A DNA stretch of 64,000 bases from NCBI GenBank assembly GCA_963718895.1, contig CAVRAG010000001.1, positions 10,265 to 74,264 on the forward strand, given 5' to 3'. This document shows positions 28,072-38,480 of this stretch, one piece after another. Numbering within the stretch: position 1 is the first letter of the stretch; every line of letters begins with the position of its first letter. This DNA is from an uncultured Nitrososphaerota archaeon (GTDB lineage Archaea > Thermoproteota > Nitrososphaeria > Nitrososphaerales > Gagatemarchaeaceae). The notes beneath the pieces are model-generated. The model saw only the letters and a list, made by a program, of their open reading frames with translations. It had not been told where the DNA came from and did not search any database. Position numbers and translations under genes: made by a program.

Positions 28072-28611
28072 TCATCTCGAAGCAGCATCGGCTTCAGGCG
28101 ACGTCGGTCTGCGGGACGCCCCTTCAAAGCTTTGCGTCGCGGCAGAATGGGGCCTCTTCTCGTAGAGGTACATGCGATCCCCAGCGACGACCAAGAGACC
28201 GAAGACCGTAGTCGCCGTGGTCAGGCTCACGGTCCCGACTGTGGCGTTGAGCTTGTCGTTGATCACGACCCCGCCCAGGTATATCTCAAGCACCAGTAGC
28301 GCAAGCGCCAGGAGCAAGATCGGCGCGGCTCCGGTCGGCCGGGGCTTCATCCGCCAGACTGCGACGTTGCTCCCCACGAGCAGGACAGTGGCGACGATGC
28401 TCATCGCCCTGTGGATGTACTCCACCTGCGCCGGCCAGTTAGAGGGAAACCCGAGACTTCCGTTGCAGTAGGGCCAGTCGCTGCTAATCGTGGAAGAACC
28501 TCCGACACCGCAGGCGTTGCCGAATCCGCTCCCAGAGAGGAACGCCCCCCAGACGAAGACCGCGAAGATCGATATGACGGTGGCGTAGACTAGGTACTTG
28601 GCCGCGCTCAT
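28072..28611 (-). CDS. Half-size COX15/CtaA (heme A synthase-like) protein
   Basis: GNAC...DWPYCNG Cys pair, EYIHR motif, EIYLGG; four TMs. Confidence 0.75.
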   Translation of the reverse strand: MSAAKYLVYATVISIFAVFVWGAFLSGSGFGNACGVGGSSTISSDWPYCNGSLGFPSNWPAQVEYIHRAMSIVATVLLVGSNVAVWRMKPRPTGAAPILLLALALLVLEIYLGGVVINDKLNATVGTVSLTTATTVFGLLVVAGDRMYLYEKRPHSAATQSFEGASRRPTSPEADAASR

Positions 28612-28737
28612 CGCTGCACTGGCGGGGCTCGTGGACCTCTTAAGCATGGGATGCCATTCTCACTGTTGAGAATCGTGGGTCGGATGTGCGGACGACGCAG
28701 GGTGGGTCGCGTCAACAGTCTCGTCGGCGGCTGCGAA

Positions 28738-29738
28738 TCATCGCTTGCGAGGTCTCTCGGCTTGGTCGAAGGCGGCGAGCGCCCGCGCCGAGATCGATTC
28801 CACCAGGTCGTCACTTGGCATCCACCACTCTCTCCCGTCCGGCGACTTCCCCGAGACCACGGCGTGCCGGTAGCGCCAGCAGGCGAAGACCAGGGGACGG
28901 ATGCGCATCGCTGCCCCCAGCCGCGCCAGTTCATCTCTCCGGAGCCTCACCCGGGAGCGATAGCCTGCGACGACCGAGTCGACGCGATCCGGGGACCAGC
29001 CGTCGTTGCCCAGCCCGCAGGCCCAGATCAGGACGGCCAGCGGGGCGAGACGCGGCCCCTTCCCCGCCCCGGTCCAGTCTATCATGACGAGCTCAGATTC
29101 GCGGCTGACAATGAAGTTCTTGGGGACCGGATCGGGGTGGACGAGCGTCTCGGGCAGGCCGTGGCAGTCGTCGGCGCTGGCGAGCTGCTCACGCAGAGAG
29201 TCGTACGGAGCCCGGTTTGCCGCCGGTACCTCCTCTTCAATCTCTTCGAGCCAGGACGCCGCGGCGTCGAGCTCCTTTCGAGGAGGCCCCCGCGCAGAGA
29301 GTAGTGGTGCAGAGCCCCCGCCTCCCGCGAGACTCCTCCCGACCCAGCGGGCAGGACGTTCAGACGCCCGAGCATCTCTCCCATCTTGAACAGGGTTGCT
29401 TCGCTCCGTCCCGCTGTGGTCCCTTCGATGTAATCTGTCAGGAGGACGGCCCGGCCGCCGGGGGCCGAGACCGGGTCAGGGCGCGCGCACCGCTCGGCGG
29501 GAAATCGGTGCTGTTCCAGGAAGCGCAGGACGTCGTCGTCGCCCTCGGCCTGGTCGACCGAGCGCTCGGCCGGGAAGACCCTCGCGACCCAGCTCTGGCC
29601 CTCCTTCCTGTCGACCCGGTAGACGCCCCGGTCGAGGCGGTTCAGGTCGACGATGCTGATCCCGTAGCGCTTCTCGAGGTACCTCCGAAGCTGTCCCAGG
29701 CGAGCTCGGACATCGTCACTGTCTTTCGCGGAAGCCAT
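28738..29738 (-). CDS. Aminoglycoside phosphotransferase / type II homoserine kinase-like protein (frameshifted twice)
   Basis: WVARVF, LRFLEQHRFPAER; VHPDPVPKN (Brenner-like motif, read in a second frame); IDWTGAG in a third ORF. Confidence 0.75.
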
Positions 29739-29822
29739 CCTAGCTCGCACCAGATGCGGCCATTTGCCACGCTCCTCAATATAAACTACCGCCCGCGACC
29801 CGCCGGTTTGGGAGAGAGAAGG

Positions 29823-30371
29823 ATGAGAATCAGCAGGCTCAAGTTCCTGATTCTTATCGTAATGTCGATCGTCGGTGTAACGGCCTCTTCCTTTGTCTTC
29901 TACATCTACGATACGCTGCATCAGCAGCTGCCGATATGCACTTCCTCGGTGAAGATCCTTGGAATCGTCATCAACTGCAACACCGTGCTCGGGAGTAAGT
30001 ACAACACGGTCTTTGGGGTCAACCTTGACGTTCTGGCGATCGGATACTTCTTTGTGAACCTGGGGCTCGTCTTCGCCATAGCGTTCGGGAGCGAACGGAT
30101 CTTCGGAACGGCGTTCAGGGTCCTGTTCGTTTGGAGGTTCCTCGGCCTGATAATCGTCCCATACCTCATGACCATCGAGTTCGTGGTCCTGAAGGCTATC
30201 TGCGTCTACTGCACCATCATGCACGTCTCGATACTCGTCGACTTCGCCATAGTCACGTACTTCCTCTTCTACAAGGACATCACGCATGCAGGCGGAGGGA
30301 ATCAGGGAGAATTGCCCGAGACCCAACCTGAGGCACTCACATCGCCCGCCTCCTCGGCTGGAAGAGCATAG
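29823..30371 (+). CDS. Vitamin K epoxide reductase (VKOR) family protein
   Basis: Loop Cys pair (ICT...NCNTVLGSKY) and active-site ICVYCTIMH. Confidence 0.9.
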   Translation: MRISRLKFLILIVMSIVGVTASSFVFYIYDTLHQQLPICTSSVKILGIVINCNTVLGSKYNTVFGVNLDVLAIGYFFVNLGLVFAIAFGSERIFGTAFRVLFVWRFLGLIIVPYLMTIEFVVLKAICVYCTIMHVSILVDFAIVTYFLFYKDITHAGGGNQGELPETQPEALTSPASSAGRA

Positions 30372-30645
30372 TCAGCGAGACCCTCCCTAACCGGCTGGAC
30401 CGCCGGGCAGGCTCGGATTGGTCCGTTCACAGGGACCTTCGAATCGCTTCACCCCGCGAGCCGTTCCTATGGTTCCTCCAGAGCAGGCCAACCACGAGCG
30501 CGACCACACCCGCGACGAGTGGCGTGGTGAGATCGGCCTAGAAGCCCTTTCTGGCAATCAGGATGGCACCAAGGGCCGACAAGATGCAGCCCATCAACAA
30601 CAGCCTCAATCTCATGGAGTTCGTGTCCTTTCATCACCTAGTCCG

Positions 30646-31393
30646 CTACTTCCACTTAGTCAGTATCTCCTCCCTGCGGAACGTTGCCCTTGAGACGAAG
30701 AAGAGGAGGACGTCCACCACGAGGAAGACAGCTACGATGACCAAGAAAGTGGTTGTCGAGCCAAGGTCGATGATGTTCAGCTCCCCGGCGACGTACAAAC
30801 CGGCCAAGGGCATGATCGTAAGAGCCCCAATCTGTTGACCGGTCCTGACGTCGTTTATCCTTGAAGAGACGATCACGTTCACCCCGACGCTCATACAGAG
30901 ACGCGAGAGGAACCAACGTGAAGAGCAAAACGGCTGCATCCCAGTTAGGGAAATAGTAGTAACCAAGTGTGCTATGCGTCGTGATGTCCATCAGAATCAT
31001 GAAGACCGTCGCCCCTCCCCACACGGCCACCAAGGGTGGGATGAACGCGGCGATTCCCTTCCCGAGCAGGATCTCGCCATCTGTCGTCGGAGTAGCCAGA
31101 AGCGGCTCCAGACTCTTCTCGACCTTCTCGCCGACTATTGTGTAGGATGCGATCGGCGTCGGGAGATAGGCCGCGAGGATGACGTAAAAGAAGAGGAAGG
31201 CTGGAAGGAGTATCATGAGCTCCGTCGCCGGGATGCCGTTCGCGCCGCCCTTGTGACCCCCATAGGAGACCACTGCCGGGATGAGGACGGCGACGATCAG
31301 CGGGACAACCGCCAGAGAGTAGATTATGTTCCGCTTCTTCCTGTACGTCTTGAAATCCTTCGCCGCGATAATCCAGGATTTCGAGACCCGCAT
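30646..31393 (-). CDS. ABC-2 type permease (frameshift near 30900)
   Basis: ASYTIVGEKVEKSLEPLLATPTTDGEILLGK; the C-terminus VSSRINDVRTGQQ...FRREEILTKWK is in another frame. Confidence 0.85.
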
Positions 31394-32315
31394 CTACTTG
31401 GCCTCCCTCACGAGCTTCAGGTAGGCGTCCTCGAGTGACGAACCGCTGACAGAGACGGACTGGACGTGTCCCCCCGCCAGGACGATCGCGCCCACGATCG
31501 CGGCGTTCTCCTTCTCGGGGCTCGTCACGTCGACCGTCAGTTTGTTGCCCTCGACAGCCACGGTTCCCGCAGCCACCTTCTTCACGGCCGTAAGTATCCC
31601 GTCGGTGACCTGGTCGAGCTGGATCACCGTCCTCTTCCCGGCGACCGACCTCTCAAGCTCCTCCGGGGTGCCCGTCGCCATGAGCTTCGTATTCAGGATA
31701 CCGATCCTGTCGCACACCCTCTGGGCCTCGTCAAGGTTGTGGGTGTTCAGGAAGATAGTCTTCTTGTCCTTCTTCAGCTCGAGGATGAAGTCCCGCACGG
31801 TCTTCGATGCCTCGGGGTCGAGGTTCGCCGTCGGCTCGTCCATGAAAAGTATCTGAGGATCATGGATGAGGGAGCGCGCGATCGCCAGCTTCTGTTTCAT
31901 CCCCTTCGAGAAGCTCCCCGCTACAACGTCCCTCTTGTCCCACAGCCCGAGCATGGTAAGAAAGCGCTGGATGTTCTCCTTCCTCTGCGCCTCGGTACAG
32001 TCGTAGAGCTTCCCATAGAAGTCCAGGTTGTCGTAGGCGCTCAGACTTTCGTAGAGGCCCACGTTGTCGGGGACGAATCCAATCATCTTCCTTATCCTCA
32101 GCGCGTCCGCCTCGTCGCCTGTGTCGAGACCGCCTACCTTTGCCTCTCCGCGAGGTCTTCGATATCAGGCAGCAGAGCATCCTGACCGTGGTCGTCTTTC
32201 CCGCTCCGTTGGGCCCGAGGAACCCGAAGACCTCGCCCTCCTCGACGCGAAGGGTGACTCCGTCGACCGCCGTCAAGTCGCCAAACTTCTTGGTGAGGTT
32301 CTCTGTCTCGATCAA
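31394..32315 (-). CDS. ABC exporter ATP-binding protein (frameshift near 32150)
   Basis: GPNGAGKTT in ORF 31860..32315; [13 protein letters not shown] and NTH in ORF 31394..32086. Confidence 0.9.
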
Positions 32316-32351
32316 GCTTCCGCCAATCAGCTCCGGTCGACGACCTGACGG

Positions 32352-32384
32352 ATAAATGCTGTTCTACTAGTACAATGTTTGTAC
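32352..32384 (-). promoter_or_regulatory. TATA-like box plus palindromic site GTACAA-N3-TTGTAC (copy 2)
   Basis: GTACAAtgtTTGTAC at 32370-32384, 13 nt from TTTAT (minus strand, 32352-32356). Confidence 0.65.
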
Positions 32385-32440
32385 CAGAACTGGCCTCCAC
32401 GAAGATTCATAATGCGGCTGTCACTCGCTCCACTATCGCC

Positions 32441-33094
32441 TTGGAAAACAAAGACAGGTCCCTCGAGCTCATTCACGATACGGGTGTCATCGGCATATTC
32501 CGGACCGACCAGCCGGAGAACTGCCTCAAGGCCATGGACGCGCTCATGAATGGTGGATTGAACGTCTTCGAGGTCACCACGACGACGCCGGGCGCCACCG
32601 AACTGATATCTGAGGCAAGAAAGCGGTACGGTCTCCGGGCCCTCGTGGGGATAGGGACGGTCCTTGACGGACCGACCGCCGAGAAGGGAATAGAAGCTGG
32701 GGCCGAGTTCGTCGTCAGCCCGTCGCTTCACAGGGACGTGCTCGATGTCTGCAAGAGCAGGGGAGTGGTCAGCTGCCCCGGCACCTTCACCGCCACGGAG
32801 GTCGTCGAGGCCTGGAGGTGGGGGGCCGACCTGATCAAGGTCTTCCCCATCTCCCAGGTGGGGCCCGGGTACATCACATCGCTGCTCGGACCGCTCCCCT
32901 GGGTGCGCCTCGTCCCGACGGGAGGGGTGGACTCCGGAAACGCCCGCGCGTACATCAAGGCCGGGGCCTACGCGCTCGGCGTGGGCGGGGCGCTCGTATC
33001 GAAGAAAGCAATGATGGAGGAGAGGTACGACAAGCTGACGGAGGCCGCAGAGGTTATCCTGCGCGAAGTGAGGAGCGCGAGGGAAGAGAGTTGA
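32441..33094 (+). CDS. eda: KDPG/KHG aldolase (bacterial type)
   Basis: FEVT, GIGTVLD, GAEFVVSP, IKVFP, PTGGVD. Confidence 0.9.
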   Translation: MENKDRSLELIHDTGVIGIFRTDQPENCLKAMDALMNGGLNVFEVTTTTPGATELISEARKRYGLRALVGIGTVLDGPTAEKGIEAGAEFVVSPSLHRDVLDVCKSRGVVSCPGTFTATEVVEAWRWGADLIKVFPISQVGPGYITSLLGPLPWVRLVPTGGVDSGNARAYIKAGAYALGVGGALVSKKAMMEERYDKLTEAAEVILREVRSAREES

Positions 33095-34074
33095 ACGAGA
33101 GACTGGACGTCGTTACGCTCGGCGAGGCGATGATTAGGCTCTCCCCGCCAGGTCACCAGAGACTCGAGCAGGCTACGAGCCTGAACGTCGCCATCGGGGG
33201 CGCAGAGCTGAGCGTGGCCGTGGGGGTGGCCAGGCTAGGGCTAAAGTCATCATGGATAACCAAGCTGCCCAAGAACCCCCTTGGGCGTCGGATAGTGAAT
33301 CAAGCCCGCGAGCAGGGCGTGGACGTCTCGAGGGTCGTCTGGGCCCCCGAGGGAAGAGCCGGTCTGTACTTCCTGGAAGCCGGAGCTGCGCCGAGGTCAT
33401 CATCAGTCCTATACGACCGCAAGGACTCGGCCACGAGCAGGCTGGCCCCCGGTGACGTCGATTGGGGGTTCCTGAAGGATGTAGGACTCCTGCACACGAC
33501 GGGGATAACGCCCGCCCTGAGCGAATCATGCAGGGAGATCACCATCGAGGCCATCAGGGCGGCCAAGAAGGCGGGCTGCAAGGTCTGCTTCGACGTGAAC
33601 TATCGCTCGAAGCTGTGGAGCCCGAAGGAGGCGGAGGCCGTCCTGACCCCTATAGTGAAGATGGTCGACGTCCTAATCGCTTCCGACGCGGCGACCATCT
33701 GGGGCGTCGAAGGGGAACCCGAGCACGTGGTCGGAGAGATGAAGAAGAGGTTCGGCGTGCCGGTCGTGGCCATGACGGTGCGCGAGGATGACGGGGTGCT
33801 CAGGACGCGGACCAGCAGCGTCGCCATCGCGGACAGGCGGTACGCAGGGAGGAAGACGTACGACACCGAGGTGGTGGACAGGCTCGGCGCAGGCGACAGC
33901 TTTGCTGCCGGCCTGATCTACGGCTATCTGAAAGGAGACATTCAGATGGCCCTCGACTACGGAGACGCGATGGCCGCGTATAAGGCAACGATCCCGGGCG
34001 ATGTGAACTACGCCACCAAGGAGGAGATAGACCTCCTGGTCTCGTCCGGAGAGAACCTGAGGATTCAGAGGTAG
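33091..34074 (+). CDS. kdgK: 2-dehydro-3-deoxygluconokinase (PfkB family)
   Basis: GEAMIRLSPP, GGAELSVA, TGITPALS, FDVNYRSKLW, DRLGAGDSF. Confidence 0.88.
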   Translation: MNERLDVVTLGEAMIRLSPPGHQRLEQATSLNVAIGGAELSVAVGVARLGLKSSWITKLPKNPLGRRIVNQAREQGVDVSRVVWAPEGRAGLYFLEAGAAPRSSSVLYDRKDSATSRLAPGDVDWGFLKDVGLLHTTGITPALSESCREITIEAIRAAKKAGCKVCFDVNYRSKLWSPKEAEAVLTPIVKMVDVLIASDAATIWGVEGEPEHVVGEMKKRFGVPVVAMTVREDDGVLRTRTSSVAIADRRYAGRKTYDTEVVDRLGAGDSFAAGLIYGYLKGDIQMALDYGDAMAAYKATIPGDVNYATKEEIDLLVSSGENLRIQR

Positions 34075-34144
34075 TCCCGGGACGATAGGGCAGTTTGGAC
34101 GCCTCAGAACATCTTAAATCAGCACTGGAGCCTTCCATTCCTCC

Positions 34145-35020
34145 TTGAAACTCTGCAGGTTTCAGTCTGCAAACGGGATATCTTTCGGAGTCTTGAAGGA
34201 CGGCTGGCTGCACGATCTGACCGGGGTGGATCCGGTCGGGTTCAGGAACCTCAACACTGCGTACACGAAAGCCGGGTCCGACAGCTCTGCGATGCTCGTT
34301 CACATCGAGGATGGTATGAAGAGGGCGAAGAAGGTAAGGCACGATGACAAGCTGATGAGGATCCCTCTCGAATCGCCGGAGATCTGGGCCGCCGGTGTCA
34401 CCTATCTAAGGAGCAGGGAGGCGAGGGAGACCGAGACGAAGTCGAAGGGGATCTATGACCGCGTCTACGAGGCCGAGAGACCCGAGCTCTTCGTGAAGGA
34501 CACCGGTCTCAGGTGCAGGGGTCCCGGCGAGGACGTCTGTGTGAGGAGCGACAGCAAGTGGTCCGTCCCAGAGCCGGAGCTCACCGTGGTCTTCGACGAA
34601 GAGACCAGGGTCGTCGGATACACGGTCGGGAACGACGTCTCCTCCCGCGACATCGAGGGCGACAACCCCCTCTACCTCCCCCAGGCCAAGGTCTACCGCG
34701 GCTCTTCGGCGATAGGGCCGGTGATAGCGACCCCAGACGAGATACCAGACCCCCAGAAGCTGGAGATCAGGATGAAGATCCTGAGGGAGGGCAAGGTCGC
34801 ATTCAAGGGAACGGTGAACACGTCCCAGATGAAGAGGTCAATCTCGGAGCTCGCCGAGCATCTGAAGCGCGACAATATCCTGAGGAGGTTTACGCTGCTG
34901 ATGACCGGGACCTCGATAGTCCCGCCGGATGACTTCACGCTTCAGGGCGGGGAGACCGTCGAGATCGAGATCGAGGGAATCGGGCTGCTGCGGAACCCGG
35001 TCATGAAGCTCAGCCGGTAG
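34145..35020 (+). CDS. Fumarylacetoacetate hydrolase family protein (2-keto-3-deoxy-pentonate dehydratase-like)
   Basis: EIWAAGVTYLRSREAR, YEAERPELF, VPEPEL, GNDVSSRDIEGDNPLYLPQAK. Confidence 0.88.
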   Translation: MKLCRFQSANGISFGVLKDGWLHDLTGVDPVGFRNLNTAYTKAGSDSSAMLVHIEDGMKRAKKVRHDDKLMRIPLESPEIWAAGVTYLRSREARETETKSKGIYDRVYEAERPELFVKDTGLRCRGPGEDVCVRSDSKWSVPEPELTVVFDEETRVVGYTVGNDVSSRDIEGDNPLYLPQAKVYRGSSAIGPVIATPDEIPDPQKLEIRMKILREGKVAFKGTVNTSQMKRSISELAEHLKRDNILRRFTLLMTGTSIVPPDDFTLQGGETVEIEIEGIGLLRNPVMKLSR

Positions 35021-35071
35021 CTGGTCGGACAACCGGCTCCGGTCGTACCCGAGGGCCGTGCGAGAACCGCC

Positions 35072-35630
35072 CTAGATCGAGCCCGTGGCCACGAGGGAGG
35101 CCATGATGGCGCCGTCCCCGTCTCCGTCGTCGTACGAGGTGAGCAGGATGGCGTACCAGCATAGGACGGCGAGGAGAGATAGCTCGCGGAGGTGGAGAGC
35201 ACCAGGCTCCACGTCCACGGACGCGCCGGTCCGCCCCCATGCGAAGTTGGGCCTAATAGTCAGCAGCCGTTTCTGATTCGTGATCGGTCAGGGTCCATTC
35301 GGACCTCCAGATCCCCTTCGGGGCCAGACGGAACGTCTCGCCGGTGGGGAGGTCGATCACGCCGCCTCCCCTCCACCCCAGCGTCAGTGTGGCAGAGCCG
35401 CTCCCGGAGCCGAGGGCCTGGACGACGATCTTCGGCGTCCTGAGACCGACTCTCTTGAAAGTCCACTTCCCTTGGGTGGACTCGCCCGTCGCCAACAATC
35501 CCCAGCCCTTCTCCCATGTCAGTTTCCCGACGACCTCGCCCCCAGACATGAGCCTAGAATCGAGCTTCCCGGTCTCCTTCCATGTGAAGGTGCTCGCCTT
35601 GGGTTCGGTCGTCGAATTCACCGCAGACAC
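35072..35630 (-). CDS. Hypothetical protein (frameshifted) with C-terminal hydrophobic helix
   Basis: The beta-rich ORF 35253..35630 continues in shifted frames to ...LLAVLCWYAILLTSYDDGDGDGAIMASLVATGSI*. Confidence 0.5.
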
Positions 35631-36062
35631 CTATCGGAAAATATGAGGTTGCCGAAGATAAGGTTAGCACACGCGAAGAATATGGCGATACGGGATTACA
35701 GTGCGTCCCGTTCTGAATACCGTAGAGTCAAGCTAGTCTTCGATTTCGTCAGAGCCGAGGTGAGCTTCGGTTCCTCAAGGTTCGGGCAGAATCAGCCTTT
35801 AATATGGAGGCCTTTTGGTGGGGGTGAGCAGCCCTGGTAGTATAGAGGCCCAGTATGTCGCGCTGTCAAGGAGATGAGGAAACCCCTCTTCTTCGAAGAG
35901 CCGCGATGACCCGGGTTCGAAATCGGGTCGAGAAACAAGCTCGGTTCGACGAATGTCCCGGCCAGGGCGCTCATCTCTCCTTGTTGAAGAGATGAATCGG
36001 TGCAGGGCATGGCTGACAGTTCGACCTCGTCCTTGGAACTTCTGAGTACGGCCAGGAGTGTT

Positions 36063-36836
36063 CTATCTGACACCGGAAGCGCCTTGCGCCCAGCCGACGA
36101 ATCTCCGGCCCACCCACTTCGTGGTTTCGGCCAAGGCAACTCCGATAACCATGATGATCAGGACCCCGGACACGACGGCAGCCGCGTTGAAGAAAGCCGT
36201 CTCATCCACAAGGAGGTACCCGAGCCCTGCGTTGTAGAGGAAGATCTCCGCAACCATGGTGCCGATAAGTGCGGCGCCCACACCTATCCTCAGACCAGCT
36301 ATGATGAAGGGGGTAGAAGCAGGTATCACGACCTTCTGCCATAGCCTCCTTCCTTCGAACCCGAAAGCCCTGCCGGTCTCGAGCATGCTCCGCTCGGTGT
36401 CCTTCACGCCCGCCATCGTGTTGATCAGGATGGGAGGCACGGTGTGAAGCGAGATGATGAAGTACGTGGCCGTGATGCTCGGCCCGAACCATATGAGAGC
36501 GATGGGGATTATTGCTACCAGCGGGGTGGCATAGATGAAATTGACGTACGGGTCGAGGGTATACTCTGCAAACCGAATGCGACCCATCACAAGCCCTAGC
36601 GGGATGCCGATGGCACAAGAGATGAAGAATCCAGCGAACATCGTTTCTACGGTTACCAGGGTGTCACTCGGAAGCGTTCCATTGGACCACAGGGTGGCGA
36701 AGGTAGATGCTACCCTCGCGGGTGGAGCGAATATGATGGGGTTAACAGACTGACCGATGACCTGCCAGACAATCAGGAATATCGATAGGGCATAGATTCT
36801 GATCGCCCAATCGTTCTTCAGGAAACCAAGGGGCAA
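36063..36836 (-). CDS. NitT/TauT (SsuC-like) ABC permease
   Basis: ATPLVAIIPIALIWFG, EAA-like loop ETGRAFG, GLRIG, AEIF...GLGY. Confidence 0.92.
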   Translation of the reverse strand: MPLGFLKNDWAIRIYALSIFLIVWQVIGQSVNPIIFAPPARVASTFATLWSNGTLPSDTLVTVETMFAGFFISCAIGIPLGLVMGRIRFAEYTLDPYVNFIYATPLVAIIPIALIWFGPSITATYFIISLHTVPPILINTMAGVKDTERSMLETGRAFGFEGRRLWQKVVIPASTPFIIAGLRIGVGAALIGTMVAEIFLYNAGLGYLLVDETAFFNAAAVVSGVLIIMVIGVALAETTKWVGRRFVGWAQGASGVR

Positions 36837-36839
36837 CGG

Positions 36840-37670
36840 CTAGTCCTCCGCTGGGCTCTCTGGGAGTCGGACGTCCCCTTCCTCGATCACCTGTCTCTCC
36901 TTGCCTGCCGCCAGAAGGTTGTGCTTCAGCTTCAGCTTCAGGGAGAGGGCTTTCTCGGAGAGCAGCGACTCGTCGGTGCGCGGATAGGGAAGGTCCACGC
37001 TGAAGACGTCCATTATCGTCGCGGGCTTCCCGCCGAGGCTGAAGATCCTGTTCGAGAGGGCTATGGCTTCGTCTATGTTGTGTGTGACAAACATCGCCGT
37101 CTTCTTGGTCTCCAGTAGGATCTTTAGCACCTCGTTCTGGAGGGACTCCCTCATGAGGAAATCGACCGAGCTGAACGGTTCGTCCAGCAGTATGACCTCC
37201 TGTTCTATGGCCAGGGCTCTGGCAAGCCCCACGCGCTGCTGCATTCCTCCTGAGAGTTGGTGCGGATGGTAGTTCTCGAAGCCCTTCAACCCGACTAGCT
37301 CGACATACTTCGAGGCCACTCTCCTCCTGTCGCTCGACGTCAGATTTTGCTTCGCCTCGAGCCCAAACTCCACGTTCTTCAGAACCGTCCGCCACGGAAA
37401 CAGGTTGAAGCCCTGAAACACCATCGCGCTCTTCGGGTTGGCCGAATCCAGGACTGGGGTACCGCCGATGGTGACCCGCCCCGAGTCGGGTGGCGATAAC
37501 CCGGCGACTATGCGCAGCAGAGTGGACTTGCCGCATCCGGTGGGCCCGATTATCGAGACGATCTCCCTGTCTTCGACCGTCAGAGAGATGCCGCCGAGAA
37601 TGCTCGTCCTTACCTTGCCGTCCGAGGAGGCAAAGCCCTTCGTCACCCGCTCGACAACCACGTTCGCCAT
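36840..37670 (-). CDS. NitT/TauT ABC ATP-binding protein
   Basis: GPTGCGKST, LFPWRTV, LSGGMQQR, LLDEPF, VTH. Confidence 0.95.
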   Translation of the reverse strand: MANVVVERVTKGFASSDGKVRTSILGGISLTVEDREIVSIIGPTGCGKSTLLRIVAGLSPPDSGRVTIGGTPVLDSANPKSAMVFQGFNLFPWRTVLKNVEFGLEAKQNLTSSDRRRVASKYVELVGLKGFENYHPHQLSGGMQQRVGLARALAIEQEVILLDEPFSSVDFLMRESLQNEVLKILLETKKTAMFVTHNIDEAIALSNRIFSLGGKPATIMDVFSVDLPYPRTDESLLSEKALSLKLKLKHNLLAAGKERQVIEEGDVRLPESPAED

Positions 37671-37671
37671 T

Positions 37672-38430
37672 TCAACCACCCTTGGCGGTCGCTTGCCAAG
37701 GCGAGACGTAGGCCTCAACCCTCTTCAGCGCCTCGGTCATCAGCAAGCCAATCAGGCCCAACGTCACTGCTATCGCGAACACTGGAGCGACCTCAAGGAG
37801 ATCAGAGTAGTAGACCATCAGGAAGCCGAGCCTGTCGAGCTTGACCAAGAGCTCGGCCACGATCACACCTACGAAGCCTCTCCCTATGCCGAGCCTCAGA
37901 CCGGTGATGATGTACGGGAGCGCGCCCGGAATCACCACCTTCCTGTAGAACGCCAATCCTCGGAAGCCGAACGCGTGCCCGGTCTCCACGTAGCTCGATT
38001 TCAGGTTCTTGACTCCCGCCAGAGTGTTGATGAGGATGACGAAGACCGCCGACAGGATTACTATCACGAGCAGTTCGTAGAAACCTATTCCCAACCAGAT
38101 GACGAAGAGGGGCGCCAGAGCGACGTACGGCGTGCTGTAGAGCGCGCTGATGTACGGGTCGAGGGCCGTATCCAACATGTGCCACCTGGCCATGGCAATC
38201 CCCGTGGAAATCCCCAGCACCGCGGCGACAGCGAAACCGACGAAGAAGTCTCGCAGTGTGGTGAGGAGGTCATAGAGGTACGAGGTCGAAGTACAGAGGT
38301 TTACGAAGGCTGATATTATTCGAGACGGCGAGGAATACAGATTGGGGTCGACTGACCCACCGACTACCTGCCAGACAACCAGCACCGCGGCAACCGAAGA
38401 GAGTCGCACAGCCCACTTGTAGCTTACCAA
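37672..38430 (-). CDS. NitT/TauT ABC permease
   Basis: STPYVALAPLFVIWLGIG, ALPYIITGLRLG, AELL...LG. Confidence 0.92.
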   Translation of the reverse strand: MVSYKWAVRLSSVAAVLVVWQVVGGSVDPNLYSSPSRIISAFVNLCTSTSYLYDLLTTLRDFFVGFAVAAVLGISTGIAMARWHMLDTALDPYISALYSTPYVALAPLFVIWLGIGFYELLVIVILSAVFVILINTLAGVKNLKSSYVETGHAFGFRGLAFYRKVVIPGALPYIITGLRLGIGRGFVGVIVAELLVKLDRLGFLMVYYSDLLEVAPVFAIAVTLGLIGLLMTEALKRVEAYVSPWQATAKGG

Positions 38431-38480
38431 GAGCTACCGCTACATCCTTGGACTGAGGCGCGCCATGCCCACGCGGCAGA

